From positions 704,001 through 768,000 of the forward strand of contig CAXXHO010000005.1 of the NCBI GenBank assembly GCA_963667725.2: a stretch of 64,000 nt of DNA, written 5' to 3'. The DNA is from Treponemataceae bacterium. GTDB taxonomy: Bacteria; Spirochaetota; Spirochaetia; Treponematales; Rectinemataceae. The position numbers and the translations under genes are program-made. A model generated the notes under the pieces. It saw only the letters and a list, made by a program, of their open reading frames with translations, was not told where the DNA came from and did no database searches. The first letter of the stretch is position 1. Every line of letters begins with the position of its first letter. Below are positions 50,309 to 59,724 of the stretch, in pieces.

Positions 50309-51601
50309 ATGCCCACTATTCAAACCTATACGGCTATCATCATTGGAGCGGGGCCGTCGGGCCTCTTCGCCGCCATTCGACTCGCCGAAGCCATCGGCGG
50401 CGGCGAGGGCATCCTCGTTCTCGAGCGCCGCGAGAAACCCGCCCGCAAGCTGCTTCTCTCAGGGTCAGGCCAGTGCAACCTCACCCACGCGGGGGAAATA
50501 GCCGACTTCCTCGGCCACTACGGCGGCGGACCGAAGGCCGAATCGGCCGCACGCTTCCTAAAACCCGCCCTCTACGCCTTCACTAACGAGGAACTCCTCG
50601 CCTGGTTTGGCGCCCGGGGCATCGAATTCGAGACCGAGGATTCGGGCAAAGTCTTCCCCGCCGACCGCCGCGCCACTTCCGTTCTCAAGATTCTCCAGGA
50701 CGAAGCCTATCGCCTGGGCGTGCGCATAGCGGCGAACAGCCGCGTCAGCGGCATAAGCGTCTCAGAGGGCTTTCTCGTACGGGTGGAAGCGGTGACCGCC
50801 GATGCTCCGGCTGCTCCGGAGCCCGCCGAATATCGCGCCCCGATTGTCCTGATCGCCACGGGAGGCTTGTCCTACCCCAAAACCGGCAGCACGGGTGACG
50901 GCTACGCGCTCGCGGCCTCCTTGGGACATCGCGTCGTCCCGCCCAGGCCGGCTCTCGCGCCCGTTTACGTCCGGAACTTCGCCCTCAATCCTCTCGCTGG
51001 GCTTTCCTTCCATGACGCGGGCCTTTCGGTGCTTCGCGAGGGCAAGCGGGTCTTTTCCGCTGAAGGCGACCTTCTCATAACTCACGAAGGCCTCTCGGGA
51101 CCTCTCATCCTCGACGCGTCGCGCCATATCGCGCCGGGCGACAGTCTCGAGGTCAATTTTGTCGATGTTGCTATCGAGGAATTCCGGAACCGCCTGGACG
51201 CCGAGCTCAAAGCCAATCCCCGGCGCCTGGTCCGCACGGCCCTCGCCGATCTCGGCCTGGCCAAAAACATGGCTGAACTATTCTGCGACCTTTCGGGCAT
51301 AACCAAGGAAGAAACCGCGGCGGCCCTTCCCCGCGCCAAGAGGGAAGCGCTCTGCCGCTTCGCCTGCGCCCATCCCTTCTTCGTGGCTCGCCTCGGCACG
51401 CTTGAGGTGGCCATGGTCACCGCGGGAGGCGTCGATCTCGCCGAGGTGAATCCCGGCAGCATGGAGTCGCGCATCGTCCCCGGCCTCTTCTTCGCGGGCG
51501 AGGTCCTCGACATCGACGGCGACACTGGCGGCTATAATCTCCAGGCCGCCTTCTCGACCGGCTCCCTCGCGGCCAAGAGTATGGCTATGAGAAAGAATTA
51601 G
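50309..51601 (+). CDS. HI0933/YhiN-family NAD(P)/FAD-dependent oxidoreductase
   Basis: GAGPSG, KLLLSGSGQCNLT, ATGGLSYPKTGSTGDG, VTAGGV, GDTGGYNLQAA. Confidence 0.92.
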   Translation: MPTIQTYTAIIIGAGPSGLFAAIRLAEAIGGGEGILVLERREKPARKLLLSGSGQCNLTHAGEIADFLGHYGGGPKAESAARFLKPALYAFTNEELLAWFGARGIEFETEDSGKVFPADRRATSVLKILQDEAYRLGVRIAANSRVSGISVSEGFLVRVEAVTADAPAAPEPAEYRAPIVLIATGGLSYPKTGSTGDGYALAASLGHRVVPPRPALAPVYVRNFALNPLAGLSFHDAGLSVLREGKRVFSAEGDLLITHEGLSGPLILDASRHIAPGDSLEVNFVDVAIEEFRNRLDAELKANPRRLVRTALADLGLAKNMAELFCDLSGITKEETAAALPRAKREALCRFACAHPFFVARLGTLEVAMVTAGGVDLAEVNPGSMESRIVPGLFFAGEVLDIDGDTGGYNLQAAFSTGSLAAKSMAMRKN

Positions 51602-51748
51602 ACATGATCACATGATTGATCATGATCGACGGGAAAGAAGAATAGGTTAAAGAAAGATCTTCTATTTCTTTTTTCTCTTTCTCTCTTTCTTTCTTTCTTT
51701 AATAAAATCTTTTTCCTGTAGATCCTCCCCAGTCCCGTAGATCCTGTC
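51601..51748 (+). repeat. Degenerate long element L11
   Basis: GACATGATCACATGAT...TTTTCCTGTAGATCCT..CCCGTAGATCCTGTC. Confidence 0.7.
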
Positions 51749-51781
51749 TAAATTAGGCGCCGCAACGCGTCGATCATTAGG

Positions 51782-51825
51782 CGAAAAGTTAAAAATTGGG
51801 GTCTGACCCCTTTTTTTAACTTTCG
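51782..51825. repeat. Short palindromic repeat, most symmetric copy
   Basis: CGAAAAGTTAAAAATTGGGGTCTGACCCCTTTTTTTAACTTTCG; contains the mtnA stop codon. Confidence 0.85.
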
Positions 51826-52850
51826 TAGTAGCGGGCGAGGTCGTAGGGGGGGTAGATGCCCTTGTCGGTGACGATGCCGTCGCAGAGTTTGGGCGGGGTG
51901 ATGTCGAAGGCGGGGTAGAAGCCGTGCACGCCCCGCATGGCGGTGCGGACGCCCATGGCTTCGAGGACGTCGTTCTCGTCGCGCTCTTCGATTTTCACCG
52001 TGTCGATGGTGGGGTGCTGGCGGTTGGGCGAGCCCGTGCAGAAGTAGGGTATGCCCCAATAGCGCGCCGCGAGGGCGATTTGGAAGGTGCCGACCTTGTT
52101 GACGATGTGGCCGTCCATGCAGATGACGTCGGCGGCCGAGGTGAAGACGTCGACGTGTTTGGCTTTCATGGTGTAGCCGGGCATGTTGTCGGTGATGACG
52201 GTGACGTCGAAGTCCATGTCGCGCACGACGGATGCGGTGAGGCGGGCGCCTTGGAAGTAGGGTCTGGTCTCGGGGCAGATGACTTTGATGGTTTTACCTC
52301 GGCTCCGGCATTCGCGCAGCATCATGCCGACGATGGTTTCGGCGAAGCACTGGGTCATGACGGTGCCGTTGTCGGGGAACTGGTCGACGAGGTATCTCGC
52401 GCCAGCGGCGCTGCGGGCGTAGCGTTTGTTCACCGCGTCGATGGTGTGCTCGAAGACGGCTTTGTCGGGCGCCTTGCCGGCGGCTTTCGCCTCGATGGCC
52501 ACCTTGGCGCAGGCTTCCGTGATCGTGGCCATTTTTTCGGCCGTGGTGGGGCGGGCGTGGGAGATTTCAAAGGATGCCTTGGCGATGCGCACGGCAAAAT
52601 CGCTCGCGCCTTCTAAGGCGATCTGGCGCGCGGCGAGGGCCATGCCCATGCCGGCGGCCACGTAGGGGCCCCCCGACTGGGTGACCATGGCTTTGATGGC
52701 CAAGATGACGTCCGCGTAGGTTCTGCAGGTGACATATTCGATCCTGGCGGGATAGACGCGGCGGTCGAGGATGCGCACCGTTTCGCCGTCGTACCAGGCG
52801 ACGTTTTCGTACATGAGCATGAAGGCGAGGTCTTTGTCCTGTCGTTCCAC
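51816..52850 (-). CDS. mtnA: S-methyl-5-thioribose-1-phosphate isomerase-like (eIF-2B family)
   Basis: ILDRR, ARPT, ETRPYFQGARLT, NKVGT, IEER, YPAFDITP; GTG start after AAGGAG. Confidence 0.85.
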   Translation of the reverse strand: MERQDKDLAFMLMYENVAWYDGETVRILDRRVYPARIEYVTCRTYADVILAIKAMVTQSGGPYVAAGMGMALAARQIALEGASDFAVRIAKASFEISHARPTTAEKMATITEACAKVAIEAKAAGKAPDKAVFEHTIDAVNKRYARSAAGARYLVDQFPDNGTVMTQCFAETIVGMMLRECRSRGKTIKVICPETRPYFQGARLTASVVRDMDFDVTVITDNMPGYTMKAKHVDVFTSAADVICMDGHIVNKVGTFQIALAARYWGIPYFCTGSPNRQHPTIDTVKIEERDENDVLEAMGVRTAMRGVHGFYPAFDITPPKLCDGIVTDKGIYPPYDLARYYES

Positions 52851-52900
52851 GGTTGTCTCCTTGTCGAGAAATTCTATGCTATGGCTTTGTTTATTTTTTT

Positions 52901-53059
52901 GACAGGATAACAGGAAAGACCAGGATTGACAGGAAAGAGAAGAAAAGATTTTGGGTAAAGAAAGAGAGAAGAAAAAATTGGCTGTGTCCATGTAATACTA
53001 AATCTTCTCTTTACCCTATTCATAGTCTTGTTCATCCTCTCTTGCCTGTTGATCCTGTC
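52901..53059. repeat. Diverged long element L12
   Basis: GACAGGATAACAGGAAAGACCAGGATTGACAGGA...CCTGTTGATCCTGTC. Confidence 0.8.
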
Positions 53060-53074
53060 AAAGTGTCGGCGCCC

Positions 53075-53719
53075 CTAGTCGGGCAAGCCCAGCCGGGCCT
53101 TTATGGCCTTGACGGCCTCTTCGGGAATGGTCTGGATCTTGCCGGCGCCGAGGGCGAGCGAGTAGATCTTGGCCGCGTCCTCGACGTAGATGGCGCGCAG
53201 ATGGGCCTGCTCGATGGTGGAGCCGACGGCGACGGCCCCGTGGTTGCGCATGAGGCAGGCGTTGCGCTTCGCGAGGCTTTCGACGACGCGCTCGCCCAGG
53301 GCTACGGTGCCGGGCATGGCGAAGTCGGAGACGGGGATGTCGCCGCCTATGTAGGCCAGCATTTCGATGAGGATGAGGGGGATGGGCATGCAGGTGACCG
53401 CGAAGCTCGTCGCGTAGGGCGAATGGGTGTGGACGACGCCGAAGATGTCGGGGCGTCCGTTCATGATGGCGGTGTGCATGCGCCACTCGGAGGAGGGCCG
53501 GTGCCTGCCCTCGACGATGGATCCGTCGCTCATCCGGATCACCATGATGTCGTCCAGGGTCATTTTCTCGTAGCGGAAGGAGCTTGGCGTGATGGCCAGG
53601 AATTCCTTGGCCTCGTCGCAGGCGCTCAGGTTGCCGCTCGTGCCCGCGAAGAGGCCTTCGTCGTAGGCCATGAGGGTGTTTTCGAGCACTTTTTCCTTCA
53701 ATTCCCTTATCGTCAGCAT
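53075..53719 (-). CDS. Class II aldolase (fuculose-phosphate aldolase-like)
   Basis: GTSGNLS, ITPS, PSSEWRMH, HTHS, MRNHG. Confidence 0.88.
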   Translation of the reverse strand: MLTIRELKEKVLENTLMAYDEGLFAGTSGNLSACDEAKEFLAITPSSFRYEKMTLDDIMVIRMSDGSIVEGRHRPSSEWRMHTAIMNGRPDIFGVVHTHSPYATSFAVTCMPIPLILIEMLAYIGGDIPVSDFAMPGTVALGERVVESLAKRNACLMRNHGAVAVGSTIEQAHLRAIYVEDAAKIYSLALGAGKIQTIPEEAVKAIKARLGLPD

Positions 53720-54948
53720 AGGTTCCTCTTTTCGCGTAGCGATGCCTCTACGAGCGCGCGCAGAAAGTCGCGGCCTTCCCTGTAGTTCCGGCGGTCTTTT
53801 ATGTAGGCCTTGGCGGCGAGAACGACGATCCTTTCGGCTCTCGCCCTGGCCTCGGCCGGTTCTATGGAGGTGAGATCCTTCACCTGGGCCACGCCCACGA
53901 CGCGGCGGATCATCTCGAGTCCGGCCACGCCCGCCGTATCGGCTATGATAGTCGAAAGAAACCATTCGGCGTAACCGGGTGTCCTCCCCATGGGGTCGGT
54001 GGCGCTCTCTTTGTAGAGCGCGAGGAACTTCGCCTTGAAGAGGTCGACGGTGGCGACGATGGTGTCCTCCAGCCAGCCGATGTAGCTGACCGCGGCGGCG
54101 CCCTCCCCCATCGTGACCCGGGCGTTGGCCCAGGCGAAGCAGAAATTGCCGATAACGTTGCCGACGTCGTAGCCTATGGGGCCGAAGTAGGCGAATTCGG
54201 GGTCTATCACCTTGGTGGAGTCTTCCCTGACGAAAATGGAGCCCGAATGGAGGTCGCCGTGGATGAGAGCCTGGGCGTCGTTCATGAAGGCGTACTTGAG
54301 CTTGGCCACTTCGAGATGGAGCTCGGTGTCCGAGAAGAGCTCCTCTTGCGCGAAGGCCGCGTTGGGCGGGAAGACCTTGGTCCTCCCCGGCTTGTTGGTG
54401 TAGGGCTCGGTGTAGACAAGCTGCTCGGTGATGGCGCACAGAGGCGGATTGGTGTAGCGCTTCACGAGTTCTTTCTTCCTTACAGGGTCCATCACCATGT
54501 CGAGGGTGGGCACGAGGGTCTTGGCCATGAAGTCGCTTATGTCTTCGGCGAGCCTGGGGAAAATTTTGTGTTTGATGAGTTCGTAGCGGAGGATGACGTG
54601 GTCGGAGAGGTCCTCCATGGAAAGACAGGCCATCACGGGGTCGTAGTCGTAGACTTCGGGCACGAGGCCGGGGGCCAGCTCGCCTTCCATCTTGAGGATT
54701 TCCGCCTCGATGCGGTTGCGGTCGAAGCCGAGGGTCCGGGAGCCTGAACGCGTGTCGGCGTCGGCGTGCTTGACGATGACGGAGTCGCCGCTGTCCGGAT
54801 CCCTCACCCTGAAGATGAAGTTGATGTTGCCGTCGCCGATCTCCTTGGCCTCGAGCCGCTTCGATGCCGCGAAGCGGGGGAGTCGGTATCGGGCGTATTC
54901 GGCCGCGTCGGCCTCGCCCATGCGGAAATGGCTGTCGAATTTCGGCAT
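53713..54948 (-). CDS. mtnK: S-methyl-5-thioribose kinase
   Basis: EIGDGNINFIF, LIHGDLHSGSI, IDPEFAYFGPIGYD, EMIRRVVG.A.V.D. Confidence 0.92.
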   Translation of the reverse strand: MPKFDSHFRMGEADAAEYARYRLPRFAASKRLEAKEIGDGNINFIFRVRDPDSGDSVIVKHADADTRSGSRTLGFDRNRIEAEILKMEGELAPGLVPEVYDYDPVMACLSMEDLSDHVILRYELIKHKIFPRLAEDISDFMAKTLVPTLDMVMDPVRKKELVKRYTNPPLCAITEQLVYTEPYTNKPGRTKVFPPNAAFAQEELFSDTELHLEVAKLKYAFMNDAQALIHGDLHSGSIFVREDSTKVIDPEFAYFGPIGYDVGNVIGNFCFAWANARVTMGEGAAAVSYIGWLEDTIVATVDLFKAKFLALYKESATDPMGRTPGYAEWFLSTIIADTAGVAGLEMIRRVVGVAQVKDLTSIEPAEARARAERIVVLAAKAYIKDRRNYREGRDFLRALVEASLREKRNLC

Positions 54949-54968
54949 AGCTGCGTCCTTCCCCTTCC

Positions 54969-55967
54969 TCAATTATCGCTGGTGCTGGAGTAGTAGGTGG
55001 AAGCGAGGGCCAGGGCAAGCACGACGCCCTTGACCGCGTTCAGCGAATAGTAGGGCACCGACATCATGATGAGGCCGTTTTCCAGTATGCCCACGAGAGA
55101 GGCTCCCACGAAGGTGCCGAAGGCGTTGGGCTTGCCCGCGCCCGCCACGGATCGTCCGATGAAGACGGCCGAGATGGCCGGCATGGCGTAGCCGGCGGCG
55201 CCCTGGATTTGGGCCGACATGTTGCGCGAGGCGACAAGGACCCCTCCCAGGCCTATGAAGGCCGCGGCGAGAAGGCCGGCGTAGACGCGGTAGCGGTAGA
55301 TGGGGATGCCCGAGAGGCGCGCGGCTTCCTTGTTGCCGCCGACGGCGTAGATGTAGCGTCCGTACTTGGTGTAGGTGAGGAATATGTGCACCACGACGAC
55401 GATGACGATCATGATGATGATGATGGTGGGCGCCTGGCCCATGTTCTTGAAGGTCTGGGAGATCTTGCCCAGGGTGTCGGCGCCGTTGGGCCTCGGCATG
55501 CCTTCGGAGAGGGCGCCGCCGCCCGAGTAGGTGAGGCTGAGTCCGTCCAGCATGAACATCATGGCGAGGGTGGCCAGGAGGTCGGGGATCTTGAATTTGA
55601 CGATGAGGAGCATGGTGATCATCATCAGGCCCATGGTGAGGACGAGGGCGAGGGGAATGGCCAGCCACATGCTCATCTGGTACCAGACGATGAAGCTGAT
55701 GACGAGGGATCCCGCCATGGAGGCCATCGAGCCGGAGGAGAGGTCGAAGCCTCCCACGGCGAGGGTGATGGTGAGGCCTATGCCGATGATGGTGGTGATC
55801 GAGATGGACCTCAGGATGGTGATCATGTTGCTGCTGGTGAGAAACATCTTGGGCATGCGCAGGGCGAAAAACGCGAATACCGCGACGAGGGCGATGAGGG
55901 ATGCCCATTTTCCCAAAAAGTCCGAGGCCTTGCCCTTAGGCATGGCCGTGGCTTCCGCTTTCGACAT
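54969..55967 (-). CDS. Sugar ABC transporter permease
   Basis: GGFDLS, TKYGRYIYAVGGNKEAARLSGI; start overlaps the ATPase stop (TAATG). Confidence 0.9.
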   Translation of the reverse strand: MSKAEATAMPKGKASDFLGKWASLIALVAVFAFFALRMPKMFLTSSNMITILRSISITTIIGIGLTITLAVGGFDLSSGSMASMAGSLVISFIVWYQMSMWLAIPLALVLTMGLMMITMLLIVKFKIPDLLATLAMMFMLDGLSLTYSGGGALSEGMPRPNGADTLGKISQTFKNMGQAPTIIIIMIVIVVVVHIFLTYTKYGRYIYAVGGNKEAARLSGIPIYRYRVYAGLLAAAFIGLGGVLVASRNMSAQIQGAAGYAMPAISAVFIGRSVAGAGKPNAFGTFVGASLVGILENGLIMMSVPYYSLNAVKGVVLALALASTYYSSTSDN

Positions 55968-57490
55968 TATTTGTTGCCCCCCGTGGCGTAGAATAGGATT
56001 TCTTCTTCGGTCGCCGTCCCCGTAGGGAGTTCGGCGACGACGCTGCCGTTGTACATGATATAGATCCTGTCGGTGATGGCCAGGATTTCGTTGATTTCTG
56101 ACGAAGCGTAGAGAACGGCCTTGCCCTTGCCGGCGAGGCCCTGGATCAGCTGGAATATGTCGCGCTTGGCGCCCACGTCGACGCCCTTGGTGGGCTCGTC
56201 CAGCATGTAGACGTCGGAATCGGAGGTGAGCCATTTGCCGACGGCCACTTTCTGCTGATTGCCGCCGGAGAGGAACTTCAGGCGCTGGTACACCGAGGGG
56301 GTTTTTATGCCCAGTTCGGAGACGAGGCGCTTGGCGTTCTGGATTTCGAGGCGCTTCTTGACGAAGGAAAACCTGCCGCAGAATTTTCCGAGGCAGGCGG
56401 CGGAGAGGTTGAAGTAGACGGGTTCGGTGACGAGGACGCCTTCCTTGCGCCTTTCCTCGGGCACGAGGGCGATTTTCTGCCGCACCGCCGTGGTGGGGCT
56501 GCGTATCGCGAGGGCCTTGCCCTTGAGCCTGACCTTTCCGCTTTTCATCCTGTTCGCGCCGAAGAGGAGCTTGCAGAGTTCGGTCTTGCCCGCGCCCACA
56601 AGGCCGCAGACGCCGACGATCTCCCCGCCCCTGATGGTGAAGGACACGTTTTTCACTTTTCCCGCTTCGTCGAAGAGGTTGGCCGCCTCGAACATGACCT
56701 CTCCGATGGCGGTGGGGATCTTGGGGAAGTTTTCCTCGAAGCTGCGCCCGAGCATGAGGTTGACGATCTCGCGGGTGCTGAGATCTTTGTCCACCGTCCT
56801 ATTGGCCACCACGGTGCCGTCCTTCATGACGGTGAGGCTGTGGCAGATCTGGAAGAGTTCGGGGAGGCGGTGGGATATGAAGATGACGCCCACGCCTTCC
56901 TTTTCCGCGAGGTCGCGGACTATCCTGAAAAGTTCCTCGACTTCGCCCATGCTCAAGGGGGCCGTGGGTTCGTCGAGGATGAGGAAGCGGCAGCGCTCTC
57001 TCACCGCGCGGGCGATGAGGACCATCTGCTTTTCGGCGAGGGTGAGACTGGACACCTTGCGGGACACGTCGATATCCATGTGGAGGCGTCCGAGGATTTC
57101 CCTGGCGGATTTCCTCATCCTGCCCCAGCGGATGATGGACTTGCCTTTCATGCCGGTGACGAGGCTGTTGAACATGATGTTTTCGGCCACGGAGAGGTAG
57201 GGGAAGAGGGCCGTGTCCACTTCCTGGTAGACGAGTTCGATGCCGAGCATCTTGGCGGTGCGCGGTTCGCGGATCTCGCGAGTCTCGCCGTCGATGAGGA
57301 TGCTGCCGGTGTAGCCGGCGTTGGCGCCAGCGAGCACCTTCATGAGGGTGGACTTGCCGGCCCCGTTGGCGCCGACGACGGCGCGGATTTCCCCGCTTTT
57401 CATGGAGAAGTCCACGCCGCTCAGGGCTTTGACGCCGGGGAATTCGATGCTGATGCCCTTCATCTCGATGCTGCTGACTGTTTGGCTCAT
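55967..57490 (-). CDS. Sugar ABC transporter ATP-binding protein (two NBDs)
   Basis: GANGAGKST, ILDEPT, LSGGNQQK, LDEPTKGVDVGAK. Confidence 0.93.
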   Translation of the reverse strand: MSQTVSSIEMKGISIEFPGVKALSGVDFSMKSGEIRAVVGANGAGKSTLMKVLAGANAGYTGSILIDGETREIREPRTAKMLGIELVYQEVDTALFPYLSVAENIMFNSLVTGMKGKSIIRWGRMRKSAREILGRLHMDIDVSRKVSSLTLAEKQMVLIARAVRERCRFLILDEPTAPLSMGEVEELFRIVRDLAEKEGVGVIFISHRLPELFQICHSLTVMKDGTVVANRTVDKDLSTREIVNLMLGRSFEENFPKIPTAIGEVMFEAANLFDEAGKVKNVSFTIRGGEIVGVCGLVGAGKTELCKLLFGANRMKSGKVRLKGKALAIRSPTTAVRQKIALVPEERRKEGVLVTEPVYFNLSAACLGKFCGRFSFVKKRLEIQNAKRLVSELGIKTPSVYQRLKFLSGGNQQKVAVGKWLTSDSDVYMLDEPTKGVDVGAKRDIFQLIQGLAGKGKAVLYASSEINEILAITDRIYIMYNGSVVAELPTGTATEEEILFYATGGNK

Positions 57491-57585
57491 TCGTTACCCT
57501 TGCTCCGATGGATGGGCTTGGGTGGCGGCCGCCGCGCGCGGCGGCCGCCATCGGAGCCCCTTTTCTTTTATACGTCGCGCCGGGC

Positions 57586-58668
57586 TTATTTGACCCCGGC
57601 CGCCTTTCTGAGTTCAGCCATCCAGTCGGTGATGTTGTCGACATTGAGGCCGTAGCCGGGGATTATGGTGCCAAGGTTGGTGACGTTGGCGGCCGGCGTC
57701 AGCTGGGTAGCGAGGATGACCGAGGGCTGGAGGATGTATTCGGGGGGCGTGGTCTCGCCGTTGAGTTTCTGCGAGAGGAGGCGGACCGCCGAAATGCCGA
57801 TGTTGGGGAAGTGCGTGGCCACGCATGCTTTCCAGATTTTGTCCTGGGAGCGCATGAAGTTGATGTCCTGGTTGGAGATGTCGATGGTGACGAGGGGGAT
57901 GTCGCTCCTCCCCGCTTCGATGAGGGCCTTGTAGGCGCCGCGGGCATAGGCGTCATAGGCGCTCCAGATCACGTCCACCGTTCCCTTTGGATACTTGGGG
58001 AGGATGGAGGACACGACGGTGGCGATGGAGCCTTCGGAGTCGGCGGGGTTGGAGGGGCCGAGCACTTCGAGGGTTTTGATCTTACCGGCTTCCTCGAATT
58101 TCTTGTAGGTTTCCTGTCTCCTGTCGAAGGGGGGGATGCCGGGGCCGCGCCAGAGCTTGAGCACTCTGATGGGTCTGGGTCTGTCCTTGAGCAGGTCGTC
58201 GACGATGTAGTCGAGGGTGAGGCGGGCCATTTCCTGATCGCTCTGGAACATGGTGGTGACGCCGGGGATGCCTTTGCCTGACGCGTCGGCTATCACGGTG
58301 TCGAAGGTGACGACCTTGATGCCCTTGGCGACGACGTTCTTGACGAGGTCGTAAGAATACTGGGGCTTGCCGTGGGAGATGATCATGCCCTGATAGCCCT
58401 GCTGCGCGCACTGGTTGACGATGTCCTGGAATCTGATATCGTCTCCGTCCGCGGTGAACACGTCTACCTTGATGCCGTAGAGCGCTCCTTCCTTGATGGC
58501 GGCGTCGAATGCCATCTTGAAGATTTCCGTCGATGTCCCGTTGAGTACATAGGCGACTCTGTACCCCTTCGACTTGAACTGCTGACCGATCTGCTTCGCG
58601 TCGGCGCTGGTGAACAGCAGCACCGAAACGAGGGCGATGATCGCGAGCATTGTGGTCGTTTTCTTCAC
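57586..58668 (-). CDS. Sugar ABC transporter substrate-binding protein
   Basis: Signal peptide; periplasmic binding protein type 1 features (GIKVVTFD); operon context. Confidence 0.85.
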   Translation of the reverse strand: MKKTTTMLAIIALVSVLLFTSADAKQIGQQFKSKGYRVAYVLNGTSTEIFKMAFDAAIKEGALYGIKVDVFTADGDDIRFQDIVNQCAQQGYQGMIISHGKPQYSYDLVKNVVAKGIKVVTFDTVIADASGKGIPGVTTMFQSDQEMARLTLDYIVDDLLKDRPRPIRVLKLWRGPGIPPFDRRQETYKKFEEAGKIKTLEVLGPSNPADSEGSIATVVSSILPKYPKGTVDVIWSAYDAYARGAYKALIEAGRSDIPLVTIDISNQDINFMRSQDKIWKACVATHFPNIGISAVRLLSQKLNGETTPPEYILQPSVILATQLTPAANVTNLGTIIPGYGLNVDNITDWMAELRKAAGVK

Positions 58669-58708
58669 AATCTGCCTCCTGTTATTGCATGGACACGTTC
58701 GCGTGTCC

Positions 58709-59647
58709 CTAAGCCCTGAAAATCTCGAGAGCGGCCTCGGCCGTCTTCTCGTCGGTGACGATGCCCGATATCAGTTTGCCCCTGATGGCGCCCACGATGG
58801 GCAGGACCTTGTCCTCCCCGTAAGCCACCGCGGTGACGGGGCAGCGGAGCGGGACGTCGGCCGTGACGGAGCGTTCCTCCACGGCCGAGGGGATCCTGCC
58901 GCCGTCCAGGGAGAAGAAGTGGGTGAAAACGTCGCCCACGGCGCCTTGGGCGGCCAGGTTTTCGGCGTCCTGCGCCGTTATGAAGCCTCTGGAGATGAGG
59001 ACGGAATTCTTTACCGAGCCCAGGCCTATCATGGCGCAGTCCACGGCGTTGGCCATGGCGAGGATAGAGGCGAGGACGTGGTCGTTTCTCATGATGAGGG
59101 CCGTTTCCTTCGTCGAGGCGATGGCCGGCGCCCAGATGTGGAAATAGTCGACGCCGAGGCTCCTGGAGAGGAGGATGCCGCTCGAGCTGGGGTTGGTGGC
59201 GTTCACCGCGTAATTGGGCATGGTGGAGCCGGTGAGGGAGACGATCCGCTTGACGTTCATCTTTTTGGGAGCTTCCACGAGGGAGAGGCTGGCTGAGAGG
59301 GCGCGGCTCGACCCGAGGCCGATGCTTTCGTACTGCCGGCACATGTCGGCGAAGCGAAGGGAAGCGGCGTAAGCCACGTTGCCCGCGGCGCTGCCGTCGT
59401 TGGGCACGATGGTGATGTCCGTGAGGCCTGTGGCTTGGGAGAAGTCCTTCTCGAGCTCGAAGAGGGACACATAGCGCCTGGCTATCTTTATTTCGACTAT
59501 TTTCTTTTCGCGGATAACCTTGAGGAGGCGGACAACTTTGATTCTCGGTATGCCCAGGAGGTCGGCGATCTGCTGCTGGCTCTTGTCTTCGTAGTAATAG
59601 AGCCAGGCTATCCTCGTGAGCAAGGAATTGTTCAAATGTTCATCCAT
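58709..59647 (-). CDS. SorC/DeoR/LsrR-family sugar-binding transcriptional regulator
   Basis: IAWLYYYEDKSQQQIA..LGIPRIKVVRLL, GAVGD, IVTDE. Confidence 0.9.
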   Translation of the reverse strand: MDEHLNNSLLTRIAWLYYYEDKSQQQIADLLGIPRIKVVRLLKVIREKKIVEIKIARRYVSLFELEKDFSQATGLTDITIVPNDGSAAGNVAYAASLRFADMCRQYESIGLGSSRALSASLSLVEAPKKMNVKRIVSLTGSTMPNYAVNATNPSSSGILLSRSLGVDYFHIWAPAIASTKETALIMRNDHVLASILAMANAVDCAMIGLGSVKNSVLISRGFITAQDAENLAAQGAVGDVFTHFFSLDGGRIPSAVEERSVTADVPLRCPVTAVAYGEDKVLPIVGAIRGKLISGIVTDEKTAEAALEIFRA

Positions 59648-59654
59648 GTGAACA

Positions 59655-59683
59655 AGTATGTGGTCGGTTTTTCAGGCTGTCAA
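59655..59683 (-). promoter_or_regulatory. Sigma70 promoter for the regulator operon, leaderless
   Basis: TTGACA-17-CATACT-7nt-ATG. Confidence 0.65.
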
Positions 59684-59724
59684 GAAATATTTTTAAATAA
59701 TTCCTGCCTCCTGAACTTTATAGT

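Noticed and set aside
38748..51825. Classical integron with attC sites
   Set aside because: No tyrosine integrase in the window; the long element lacks RYYYAAC...GTTRRRY ends; the short palindrome has GTT before AAC, the reverse of attC; cargo genes appear to have their own promoters.
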